Shown here: positions 51,414 to 63,021 of the stretch, piece after piece
Position numbering within the stretch: the stretch's first letter is position 1
Layout: each line of letters begins with the position of its first letter
Origin: Ylistrum balloti
Taxonomy: Eukaryota
Assembly (NCBI RefSeq): GCF_031769215.1
Contig: NW_026781904.1
Coordinates: 248,001 to 312,000 of the forward strand
Direction: 5' to 3'
Length of the DNA stretch: 64,000 nt
Position numbers and translations under genes: made by a program
Notes under the pieces: model-generated
Seen by the model: only the letters and a program-made list of their open reading frames with translations
The model's database searches: none
What the model was told of the DNA's origin: nothing

Positions 51414-51865
51414 TCTTCAAAGGATATATAGTTCATCCATTCACACAAGCACAACTGCCATAAATGTCTGTCTAGTACGATTTAAATTCTACACCATGTC
51501 AACACTACTTCTACTTCCATGTTATAATTGAGAAAGGTTTTGACTTGGTACCGTTTCATAATATAATTTTTATCAATTATATAAACACGGTTTATAATGA
51601 AATGATAAATAAGAACAGCAATTGGCGAAGAAAAACAACAATAAAATGATTTCATGTTTTGTTTTTTCTTATTGGCTGGCGTGTTGGGGGGTCCTGCCAT
51701 TAAAAAGCTGCTGTTTTAAAAGGCTGCTACTGAAACCAAAAGATCGCGGTTCTCTTAAAATATCGACGTCATGCTGAACGTAGTTCTCTAGAAAAAAAAA
51801 CCAGCAATACACTTTAACCTAAAATAATCTGCGTGGACATGGGTTTACAATTAGTTATATAATTT

Positions 51866-52372
51866 AATGTCTATAAGGGGTTATCTCTGCATTATTTCAT
51901 GTCGATAAAGGATTATCTCTGTATTATTTCATGTCGATAAAGGATTATCTCTGTATTATTTCATGTCGATAAAGGATTATCTCTGTATTATTTAATGTCG
52001 ATAAAGGATTATCTCTGTATTATTTCATGTCGAAAAGGGATTATCTCTGTATTATTTCATGTCGATAAAGGATTATCTCTGTATTATTTCATGTCGAAAA
52101 GGGATTATCTCTGTATTATTTCATGTCGAAAAGGGATTATCTCTGTATTATTTCATGTCGATAAAGGATTATCTCTGTATTATTTCATGTCGATAAGGGA
52201 TTATCTCTGTATTATTTCATGTCGATAGGGATTATCTCTGTATTATTTCATGTCGATAAAGGATTATCTCTGTATTATTTCATGTCGATAAAGGATTATC
52301 CCTGTATTATTTCATGTCGATAAGGGATTATCCCTGTATTATTTCATGTCGATAAGGAATTATCTCTTCATA
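51866..52372. repeat. Homogeneous 32-bp tandem repeat, about 16 units
   Basis: Unit gattatctctgtattatttcatgtcgataaag; gtcgataaag recurs at 51901, 51933 and onward. Confidence 0.97.
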
Positions 52373-52478
52373 ATATGAGAAAGAGCATTTTATTCATAGG
52401 ACCTAACAAAGAATATTCTTTAAGAAAAAAAAACAATAATAAGAACCATAGTCAACAGCGGGTTGTTTTCATAAAATC

Positions 52479-53062
52479 TGACGTCTGCAAGGGATTTCTC
52501 AAAATAACTTGACGTTGGAAAGAAATTTTCTTTAAAGATCATTACGTCGAAAAGGGATTTTCCCACAGAACATTTACGTCGGCAAAGGATTTTCTCAATA
52601 GAACCTGTCGTCGGCAAGGGCTCTCTCTGCATAAGCTCATGTCGACAAGTGATTTTATACAATGAAAACTTGACGTCGGCAAGGGATTTTCCTTACATAA
52701 TATTACCTCGGCAAGGGGTTTTCTCAATAGAACTTGAGGTCGACCAGGGATTTTCTGGAAGAGAACCTGACGACGGCAAAGGCTTTTCTCTACAGAACAT
52801 TACGTCGACAAGGGATTTTCCCTTCATAACTTTACGTCGGTTTTTTTTCTCGACAGAACATTGCGTTGACATAGGTTTTTCTCAGTAGAAAATTACGTCG
52901 GCAATTTTGTTCCTATAGAACATTACGTCGGCAAGGATCTTTTTTCAATAAAACCTGATGTCGGCAAGGGATTTTCTCTGTAGAGCAGTACGTCGGCAAG
53001 GATTTTCTCTACAGATCCTGACGTCGGCAACGGATTTTTCCACACTATTTGACGTCGACAAG
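52479..53062. repeat. Diverged ~32-bp tandem repeat, about 19 units
   Basis: Consensus t(g/t)acgtcggcaagggattttctctatagaac, unit starts about every 30-33 bp from 52479 to ~53050. Confidence 0.85.
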
Positions 53063-55334
53063 ATACTATTAACACAGAAGATAGCATCTGCAGAGAATTT
53101 ACTTCATACAAACATTTCTTACAAATTGGGAGGTAGTGTACGCATTTGTGAACAAAGGATTAGCGTTAGGAAATGTTCGAACGAGACCCGCACATGTATG
53201 TGTATGATTTATCACACAAACGACCCTTCTGTTGTATACTGACCGTGTCGATTCCATCCTACATTTCCTCACTATGCGTGTTTCTCCTGTTTATACCAAA
53301 GACGGTGTTTTATTTAAAGCCAACAAAACATTAAGTGAAACATACTTCATGAGTCAAAATGGTATTTTGTGTTCTAACGTGAATCAATCTTTATGAACGC
53401 CAAACTCACAATCTACCAGCCTGTTAAGTGTTTATACATGTCAATCCGGACCCGCTCACCTTCTCCGGTTCCAGCTATTATCAATTTCGGGCGTACTTGG
53501 GTGATAGATGTCCGACTGGCGTATCGTGCCCAATACCACCGATTCATCGGTTTTGTGAAGTACAAGCATGATGGACCATTGTCTCGCCTAAATGTCTAAG
53601 ATTCCTACAGGAGAGAACAAGCATAGACCACTTAGTCGTAATTATGGTTTGTTTTATGGTACGATCCGAGAGGACATTACTATATATACATTCCCCGTCT
53701 ACATACAGATAGCTATAAAAACGTAGATGTTTGTCTTTTACATCGTATTTCTACCGTAAATATCTACTTTGATTGTGGAACCGATATGCCAAGTCGACTT
53801 CAAGAACGAATAGATAATTCTTAAATGTTGGTAATTGTTTTACAATGTAGTAGTTATGCATACACTATGCTACGTTATTCAACAGCGTCATCAAATTTGA
53901 TGTATATTCAACACACATTGTTAAAAAAATTATGTTTCTTTCGCATCTTGAAAAACAGTGTCTCTTTAATTCAAGTGTTTGTTTCTTATGTTCGTTTTTG
54001 GTTTTGTTGTAAGTTTTTGTCAGAGAAGTACCTGGTTTAGCCATTACCATAAATTAATGTTATTTCGTGAAACAGAAAACATCAAATACATCCAAACGGT
54101 ACATATATACCCAGTACAACAATGTTCAATCCGCATTAACGCTCTATTTCTGATAACGGCCATCATGAATTGGGTTACAACCAAGAAAACATAGCTTGAA
54201 AGTTGATGAACAGATATTCAAATTAAAAAAAATAACAAATATACTGAAACTTGTCTTTGCCACTGTTCTCACGAATCTCCTATTTATACAAAAAAACCAA
54301 TCACAGGGATATAATTTTAAGCAAAATCTCACTATTTCAAACTTAATCTCAGTTTTACTATTTATGAGAGCACGGTATAAAAGGGACAGGGGTGAACGAA
54401 GAACGGTAAGCCCCCCTCATTATTGAATAAAAACTCCATGCTTGCTCATCCAGTTAAACAAATTCATCTTTACGTTTAAATGTCATGCGAAATAATATCG
54501 ACCATTTGAAATGGGATTTATTGAATAGCAACAGAAATCATTAATTGTGTATCGTAAACATTCCGCACATGATAGAAACGTTTCCTATGCAGCGCATTGA
54601 TCGACCAAAAGTCCACCAGCTATTCATACTAGATAATTATACTTAATGCGCATGCTCGTCCCTTTTATCTTTTATTGGCCACCTTAGTGATCGGTTGACC
54701 CAGTATGACCTCTCACTTTCATGCATGATGGGTAATTTTATCAACATTTAAACAGGCGGCGCTTACTTGAACTTAATGACCCCTGTAAAAAAGCAGACGA
54801 CAGATATTTTGTCTTGTGTGCGAATGATAAATTACACAAGCCTGCTATTTATTGATATTAAGCAATTCGTACTTAATGCTTCTTTAAGTCAATATGTTTG
54901 CCGTAAGATTCCTGTGCCATGATCAACGGACCGGCTATTGAATCGGAGGTGGGTAAGGAGAGTTATTCGATATACTCACGATGCTGTCTAATTTCCGTAT
55001 CAAGTGATATGGATTTGTGAAATTTTAAATGGTCACCCACGCACTCCATGCCCCCACCCCTTCCCCTTGCTCCACTGAGTGATACATTGCCTTCTTTCCA
55101 TGCAGTGAAATATGTTACAATTTTAATTATTAAAAATATGCATGATTCTTTAGTGGCGTTTTGAAATATCAGTACACTTGGTGTACATCGATATTCGAAG
55201 ACAGAAACCCAAAAAAACAAAGATTATACTGATATATCTACTGAATCGTTATACAAACTAATTTCGGTAAAACTATGACAAAATATGAACAAAACAAAGA
55301 TTAAAACAGAGACTCGCGAAAAAGTACAAGGAGA

Positions 55335-55390
55335 ATAAAAGTTGTTCCGGAAGGGTAAACGTCTTCTGCTTCATGGACGACACCATGTAA
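55335..55390 (-). repeat. Fragment of the same retroelement tail as 4262-4400
   Basis: Reverse complement gaagcagaagacgtttacccttccggaacaac. Confidence 0.35.
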
Positions 55391-56574
55391 ATCTGGGTCA
55401 ATCCAAGTAAGTAATGTTGCGTTCCAAAAAAAAAACAAAAAACAAAAAAAACTGGGGAGCAAAACGTTAGTCAGTTTCAAGGGAGGCGTTAAAAGTGTTG
55501 TTTAAGAGCAAAGAAAGACTTTGATAGCTTATTGCGATCATGCAATGGGGAGAGTGGGTACACCTTTCATAAAATATCTCTATAAAAATGAGAAATAAAA
55601 GCAAGTGCCAAAACTGTAAACAAATAACAATTATAACACATGCAATATTGTTACACGCCCCATTAGAAACAGAAATCTGTCACGTTTTACCAGAATCTTG
55701 CCAAAACACCATCGATCAAATGGATGGCAGTGTTAAAAGGGAGCCGAAGGATATGGCGCATATATGTGGACAATGATCAGCCAATCGCTAATGTGTTTAC
55801 GAGTAGGACTTGCCATGAGATAGAAATCAGTGCGAATATTCGATCTCGGTTCTCAAAACGATACTGATAAAGCTCTTACGAAATATCCCCGATGGGATGG
55901 GTTTAGAAGTACGATTGCACAACGCGAACATTAAGTGTTAAATATCTTCAGAAACACTAAATGCTTTTGTTACCTGTAGGTTTGATATGGGATTGATTAA
56001 GCTTCAACGTGTTGCTCCTGAAATGCAGAATGCTTGAATAATCTCCAGTAGTTCTCTTTCACAACGGCAAATACGTCAGGGTAGACATTTCTGATTTTGT
56101 TTCTTAGTTCATTCAAACATACCTACACTTTTGAAAAAGGCCACCGAGATATTCTATGATAAAAAAACAATCCGGAATGTAATGGGAAGCGTATCAGAGG
56201 GATATTCAAATATAGATAATTTTCTGCGGTTACAGATGCTATGCCTTCCACCTTATAGAAAATTTGTAGTATGGGGCATATATCGAATTCTGCCCTCGTG
56301 TGTGGACTGTGAACTCGGTACTTTCTCTATCTATTCAATACCAAATTCTTCACGGATAATTATAATGATATTTATGACCTTGGGAGAGGAAAATGACCTT
56401 TATAAACAGGTGTTTACTATATTCAGGTGACCTTTAAAACCGATTCGACTGTATCGGATACGAGGCAATACCAAGGCAATGGAAGAAGGAAACAGGTACA
56501 CTAAGCGGAAGGACAGACGCCGCCATTAATCTGTCTCGTAAGACTCAACAAAGTAGCAGACATCTTCGATAGAA

Positions 56575-56925
56575 ATTTAGCGTGTGGATAAAATCCAGTG
56601 AACATGCTTTTGGGCTGAATTGATAACCCTGGTATATTTGACGTAACTCGTACCCAAACATCTCCAGGCTGTAGGTATAAAAATACAGTCACCGAACCGT
56701 AACCCTATCAATTCGCATCTCCATTACCGGTAGTGTGGTATTTAGCCTTTGTTCATTGAGCACTATTTCTGTTTCCAGTCTGTGGTCAGGCTCGTAGATT
56801 CGGACGCTCCCCCGGAAACGTATAGTCATGGTTTCCCACATGTAAATACGCCAGGTTTTGCTTGATATTCTGTTCCGATGTTTGTTTTTATGTCCGAGTA
56901 TGGGAGGATATGCCCACTGCTAGGA
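56575..56925 (-). pseudogene. C1q globular-domain pseudo-exon, paralog of 61902-62314
   Basis: GHILPYSDIKTNIGTEYQAKPGVFTCGKP*LYV...RLETEIVLN...**GYGSVTVFLYLQPGDVWVRV...SMFTGFY; stops at 56826-56828 and 56705-56710 plus frameshifts. Confidence 0.88.
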
Positions 56926-57408
56926 CTAAATAGGGAGAACGTATACTTTGTATACCACAAATTAATTTAGAAATCCATGAAGAGTTTGCCAGAAAAACTT
57001 TATATCGGCTTGCATATCTTATGTGTACCAAATCATCAGATCAAACACCTTGGTATTATTCTGACAATTTCTTGATGTGTGAAAGCTGTCTCACTATCCA
57101 GCAACAAACCACAAAGTCAGGTTTACCCTGGATGACTGTATGTCAAAGTCTTGTGATACAGATTTTCTTGTTATGAGGCGTTGCTTTAAATACAGCTGGG
57201 GGTACAAAATGTTCGTTTCGCTAAGCATTGTTCTTTTGGGATAACATATACGGCTTTCAAGTCTGATGGTCAAGGCAACAATATTGGGCCATTCTCGGCC
57301 CATATCAGCTTTCAAGCTTATCGCTATAACCATCTCACTGAATGAAAAGAAGGACAGTAGTTCTGGAAAGGGATATCAGAATGCATTAGGGTGAAGTTAG
57401 GGATTCTT

Positions 57409-57700
57409 TCAAGGCCATGTTTCGCACGCATACGTCCCATCTTCCCCAGTCGCTTTGTCAGCAAGTGCACGTCTTTTGTACATAGTCTTTAGTTCTGTCA
57501 GTCGATTGTTTAGCATTTGCAAATCTTTTGCACGCATTTTCTCAAATATTCTGAGGCGATTGGTTAGAATTTGCACGTGTTTTGCACGCATATCCTCCAC
57601 TTCTGTCAGGCAATTGGTTAGAATTTGCGATTGTTTTGCACGCATATCCTCAACTTCTGTCAGGCAATTGGTTTAGAATTTGCAAATGTTTTGCACGCAC
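57409..57700 (-). pseudogene. Coiled-coil pseudo-exon remnant (54-bp / 18-aa repeats), paralog of C1qDC exon 1
   Basis: CLTEVEDMRAKHVQILTN RLRIFEKMRAKDLQMLNN RLTELK; tttgcacgca at 57527, 57581, 57635 and 57690. The last step is 55 bp (frameshift) and the 5' part is missing. Confidence 0.8.
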
Positions 57701-59381
57701 TACAATTGATTTATTATTTCATAAATATCTTAAAGTCACAATAAATTCATAAATTCTTTTTTATTCCAATTAATTTATTGTAATTATTGCGACGATATGG
57801 AATTTTTAGTAGAAGTTTCACGATTTCTCAGTCATGCGGAATATCACACTTTCAATGTTGTCGATATGCTTTCATGAGTTTGAAGCGTTCGGAGAGCGGA
57901 GTGAGGAAATAACCTAATATCAACAGTATGAACTGTGGAAGGAATTACTTATCAAAACATATTCATTTTCTTTGCAAGCGTTTCACAGGAGATAAAGATA
58001 ACAGACAAACAAGAAACCAAAAATGAATACAAAAACACAAAAAAAATCAAAAGACCTTTTTGCGTTGCAATGATAAAAACTTAAAAGGAAAGTAAAAAAA
58101 AAAAAAAAAAAAGTGGTAAGTAAATCTGTATTTCGCGATGATCCAATGAGCCGGAAACTAAAAACTTTTTTGTCATTGTTTATTATAATCCGCGGTTCCT
58201 GATCAAGCTTAGACCGGAAATATCCAATTTCTATATTTAGATATGTTGTCATATTTGGACATATGTTTGAAGTCCTGTTTAGAGGCAAAGACACGCCCAC
58301 CATCCTCCCTTTGGTGTATTTCTTATACGTGTTTCATAAAGTCGTCTGTGTAGGTACACACTCATTTGCATACATGGTGCTGTTTTACTTAAAATCCCAT
58401 ACAACTACTAAAACCAATCTATCGAGAGGTATTCGAGTTAAAAATAACCAACTACGTAGCAACATTTTCACGAAAAAGCTGAAATATTGTGAGATTTTGA
58501 AGCTATTGTGTTCTGGTGTAGCGGATCTGTTTTACATACGTTCGATAAACGTTGCCTATACCGTGATACACAATGATATCATGTAAAAATAATTAAATAA
58601 AATTAGTTAAACGGATGTAAAGACCGAAATTTATTTTCACAATTTACAAAATGCAATACCAGACATTGACTTCAATGTTTGATATCGTTGGCATTCTTGA
58701 AATAGTGTATTCGGAATGAATAGATTTCAAACACCGCGTTTAAGACTTTTTCCTGTTGTATATATAGAATACCAAAGCGAGTCAGGACACGTCTTCAAAA
58801 TGAAGTCAAGCGTGATTTTCCTGGCAAGTCTGGGCTGTCACGTGAACAAAGCTCCCGAAAGTAGTATTCTCCTAATCCCCTTTCCTAGTCGTTTTTATGA
58901 AGGTGGCCATAGCATATCCGTTACGGTCTGATTACACTCCTTGGGGATCCTTGTGAACGCGTCATGACTGTTTCCATGTTTCATGGTATTTGTTAATGAA
59001 TTTCTATTATTGTTTGTCCATGAAGTAAACTACAGGAAATGTGCAATTTCAAAAAGGTCGGTCTTTTAATTTTAATTTTTAATTAACTGCCGTATATTGC
59101 ATTCTGTCAATATGTTTTAGGACCTATGACCCCTTATTATGAATGTCAGGGTTATGTCAACACACTTAATTTCTCTGACAGAGGACGAAAGTCAGTAAAG
59201 ATCCAGCTTCTAACAAAACATTGTGAAGGTTTTAAAACATTTGATTTAAAGATATTTTGTTTCAAAGAAATATTTTTAAAAAATTAACATAAGTTTCCAT
59301 AACTGGTCACAGTATAAACAAACAGTAAGTCAATAAGGTAATTTACGTAATCATAGTAAATGATAGTCTTTTGTGGAATGG

Positions 59382-59465
59382 AGAGAGAGTGAGAGACAGA
59401 GAGAGAGAGAGAGAGACAGAGAGAGGGGGGAGTGGGGAGGAAAGAGAGAGAGGGGGAGAGGGAGA
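59382..59465. repeat. (GA)n / polypurine microsatellite
   Basis: Directly visible in the sequence. Confidence 0.9.
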
Positions 59466-59746
59466 TTTATTTTTTTTAAAATAGATTTTGGTTCTGGACG
59501 GTAATATGTTAATAATTCATTTTGATTAAGAAATGGAACTTTCTCAATGTTAGAACCAGGGCAATCACCATGTTTCGAACTTCACAACGTAGTAAAAGGT
59601 GTTGCCCGATCAGATGCAGATCATGAAACTTTATATGCCAACCTAGGAACCGTGATGAAAATAAGTCTTGATTTGTTAATCTGTAGGATCCTATGATTTC
59701 TTGTCACGAATTTGGATTACTGAAATTCTACCAAGATAATCATATA

Positions 59747-59922
59747 CAGTCAAACCTCATTATCTCGAAATAACATAACTGGAAAACATCGTTTTGTTCC
59801 AAGTATTTCTTCGGTCCCGGCCACACTTCAATACATATATTTGAACTCACTTAAATCGAATACTAGAATTACACGAAGTTTTTCCGTGGTCCCGCCGATT
59901 TCGATATAACGAGGTCCGACTG
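59747..59922 (+). mobile_element. 176-bp Tc1/mariner-type MITE, best-preserved copy
   Basis: TA-cagtcaaacctcattatctcgaaa ... tttcgatataacgaggtccgactg-TA: 24-bp TIRs with 4 mismatches and a TA target duplication. Confidence 0.85.
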
Positions 59923-60544
59923 TATGTATGTATTTCTTATCGTCGACACCTGTATAGAACTTTGGAAGATTGATTACAGTATTTGATTAGTATCTTGGGC
60001 AAAATATTTTTGTCGATATTTTCCGTAGTTTCAGAATTTCTCTGTAAATGTATATCAAAATTTAGGGAATCTTTCATATTCTGTATTTCGTTTTAGTTAA
60101 TATTATCTTAATTCCTGATACGCCTAAAGTCTGTCAAACTCTGTGTTAACATTGCCTTTGTCTCGTTCAATGCAGCATGGGTCAGGAATTCCAATCTTCT
60201 TCATGAAATGCCCCCACCTGTGGAAGTTAAACACAAACAGATGGCCTCTTCCTTTGGTTCTTGTTTTTGTTCTTTAGAAAACTGTATATATTCTAGTCTT
60301 TATACTACCATTAGATGATAGATAACATGACGTCATTATCATACAGATAAAACACTGGTCTTATTGGGAAGATGAAGAACATTTGTGAACATGATATGCC
60401 ATCTGTTCCCAGTGCCTTTTCTCGTGTGCTCTGGTATCATTTAGAAGTTGTTAAAAATATTTTTACAAATGCACTTTTAATGTTTCGACCACGGAAACAC
60501 TCCGACTATAACCCTTATCACTCATAACAACTGATAAGAGAGTA

Positions 60545-60706
60545 CAGTCGAAATTTGTTATCTCCAATTCTTACAACTCGAAGACCCCTTTTAATTCGAA
60601 GTATTTCGGTGGTCCCGGCCTGACTATACACCACACATTCGACGTCGCTTAAATCGAACACACATATTCCTACGGTCTCGCCGATTTCGAGTTAACAAGG
60701 TTCAGA
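60545..60706 (+). mobile_element. Same MITE family, decayed right end
   Basis: ta-cagtcgaaatttgttatctc...ttaattcgaagtatttcggtggtcccggcc...cttaaatcgaa...gccgatttcgagttaacaaggttc. Confidence 0.7.
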
Positions 60707-60724
60707 TTTCCTTTTCTTTTTATG

Positions 60725-60950
60725 TTGAAAGCAATTCAAACTTTAGTCGTGGGAGTAACAGTTGAAAATTTGGGTCTGTCATTTTTGGAAGAATGAGTAC
60801 CAATGAAGAAATACACCAAAGTGTCAACTCATAAGAATACAACCGGACTCAAACTGCATTTTGGAGACTGTGAAATCCATGGGAGAACAACATCAATCAG
60901 AATGAAAGCATTAGAAGACCACATCATACCCAAACCAAAAGGAAGTTTAT
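60725..60950 (+). pseudogene. Possible decayed 3' coding end of an RTE-clade LINE
   Basis: With frameshifts reads ENLGLSFLE..TNEEI...LKLHFGD...KALED.I.PKPKG, resembling the RTE C-terminal RRILGISW.D.VTNEE...LK.FGH...EG...RPRG pattern. Heavily decayed. Confidence 0.35.
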
Positions 60951-60977
60951 TGTTTGTCAACAGATCACGAAAAAGAC

Positions 60978-61901
60978 TATCTAGCTGAGTTGGTTGAATT
61001 TGGTCGATCTCTAGCTGAGTTGTATGAATTTGGTCGATCTCTTTCTGAGTTGGTTGAATTTGGTCGATCTCTTACTGAGTTGGGTGAATGTGGTCGATAT
61101 CTGCCTGAGTTGGTTGAATTTGGTCGATCTCTGGCTGAGTTGGTTGAATTTGGTCGATCTCCTGCTGAGTTGGTTTGGTCGATCTCTTTCTGAGTTGGTT
61201 GAATTTGGTCGAGCTCTTACTGAGTTGGGTGAATGTAGTCGATATCTGGCTGAGTTGGTTGAATTTGGTTGATCTCCGGCTGAGTTGGTTGAATTTGGTC
61301 GATCTCTGGCTGAGTTGGTTGAATTTGGTCGATCTCTGGCTGAGTTGGTTGAATTTGGTCGATCACTTTCTGAGTTGGTTGAATTTGGTCGATCTCTTAC
61401 TGAGTTGGGTGAATTTGGTCGATATCTGGCTGAGTTGGTTGAATTTGGTCGATCTTTTTCTGAGTTGGTTGAATTTGGTCGATCTCTTACTGAGTTGGGT
61501 GAATGTGGTCGATATCTGGCTGAGTTGGTTGAATTTGGTCGATCTCTGGCTGAGGTGGTTGAATTTGGTCGATTTCCTGCTGAGTTGGTTGAATTTGGTC
61601 GATCTCTTACTGAGTTGGGTGAATGTGGTCGATATCTGGTTAAGTTGGTTGAATTCGGTCGATCTCTGGCTGAGTTGGTTGAATTTGGTCGATCTCTAGC
61701 TGAGTTGTATGAATTTGGTCGATCTCTTTCTGAGTTGGTTGAATTTGGTCGATCTCTTACTGAGTTGGGTGAATGTGGTCGATATCTGGCTGAGTTGGTT
61801 GAATTTGGTCGATTTCTTACTGACGGATGAATTTGGTCGATCTCTTTCTTAGTTGGTTGAATTTTGTCAATCCCTTGCTGAGTTGGTTGAATTTGGTTAA
61901 T
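60978..61901. repeat. 30-bp tandem repeat, about 31 units, occupying the C1qDC 3'UTR
   Basis: Unit ctgagttggttgaatttggtcgatctctgg, in exact register from 61201 to 61810. Begins at the base after the stop codon; a minus-strand AATAAA lies just past the array at 60951-60946. Confidence 0.97.
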
Positions 61902-62314
61902 TTACTGGTGCACAAGAAATCCCGTGAACATGCTCTGTTGGTTTATGCTAACGCCTTCAGTTTTAGCACCAGTCCGTACCCATACCTCATCCCCTGGCTG
62001 AAGGTTCAAAGCTACTGTAGCAGAACCGTAACCCCAAAAACTGTTGTCCCCACCACCGGAAGTGTTGTACCCAACATCGCCACCGTTGAGCACGAGAACT
62101 GTTTCAAGTCCGTGATTAAATTGGCTGATTCTGATACTCCACGAAAATACATATATTCCGGCAAATTTACAAGTGAAAACCCCCGTTGTTGGATGATATT
62201 CGTTGTTACCGATGTTTGTTTTCATTCGAGTGAAACGGATGATATGTCCAGGTATTGGATTCGACGTCGTGGCTTGAAGTATTGCATGGAAGGCGACCAT
62301 ATCTGTTCCAAGTG
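61902..62314 (-). CDS. C1q-domain-containing protein, exon 2 (globular C1q domain)
   Basis: VAFHA...IIRFTRMKTNIGNNEYHPTTGVFTCKFAGIYVFSW...GSATVALNLQPGDEVWV...SMFTGFLVHQ*. Phase-1 acceptor ttttgatccccgtttcag ends at 62315. Confidence 0.92.
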
Positions 62315-63021
62315 CTGAAACGGGGATCAAAATTACGTGGCTTCTCAGGAGAACCTTTCAGGTACTTATAATCTTACAAAGGTACTTTTTCTAAAGACAA
62401 GTTCACGTGTAACGGCTATTGACACAAATATGGAAGAAATATTTTAAATTGGGATTGTTTACGTTTTGATAAAGGAGTGAGAAAGGAAATAAATTGGCCA
62501 ATAATCACATTGCCACCCGAATATAGTTCAGCAAAAGATGTGTTTTCCATATCAGAGTAGTAATTTATTTGCGATGCAAAATTAACTTTATTTAACAATT
62601 TAAGCATGTAAGAAAATATTCGTTTCGTAAATTTTCAGCACAAATTTAAATGTCAAAAAAGTTGTTTTTTTCCCTTATGGCACAGTGTATTTACTTCAAA
62701 AGTTCTCACTTTACATTACTTTTTAAATCATTTCGATATTTTGCCCCACCCAAGAACTATATTACAGCCGACCGTTATGTCACATTACGAACCCCGTTAG
62801 ACAGTAAACAAATACAAGTTTTATAAGAGATGAAATACTACTGATATACTACAAGTATTTAGAACACAGAATTTACTACATCTAGGACCTTTTCCCATAA
62901 TATGAAATATGTAAATGTTGGGTACATACATCATTTTATCTAAATAAATGAAAAGAAATATTACGCAATGAAAAAATATATATTTACCATACCTCTTTGT
63001 TATCATTTATTTCATACTTAC

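Noticed and set aside
50757-51463. Heptad-repeat ORFs (LECVVLS, PRIGQHI) as coiled-coil proteins
   Set aside because: Product of the 21-bp unit; shortened units shift the frame and there is no unique coding flank.
60954-62318. Plus-strand LAELVEFGRS / SWLNLVDLWL repeat ORFs and the 61827-62318 ORF
   Set aside because: Translations of the 30-bp array and the antisense shadow of the C1q exon.
62984-63021. Extension of C1q exon 1 to the GT at 62992 or to the ORF stop
   Set aside because: That donor is phase 0 and does not match the phase-1 acceptor at 62315; GTAAGT at 63021 does.
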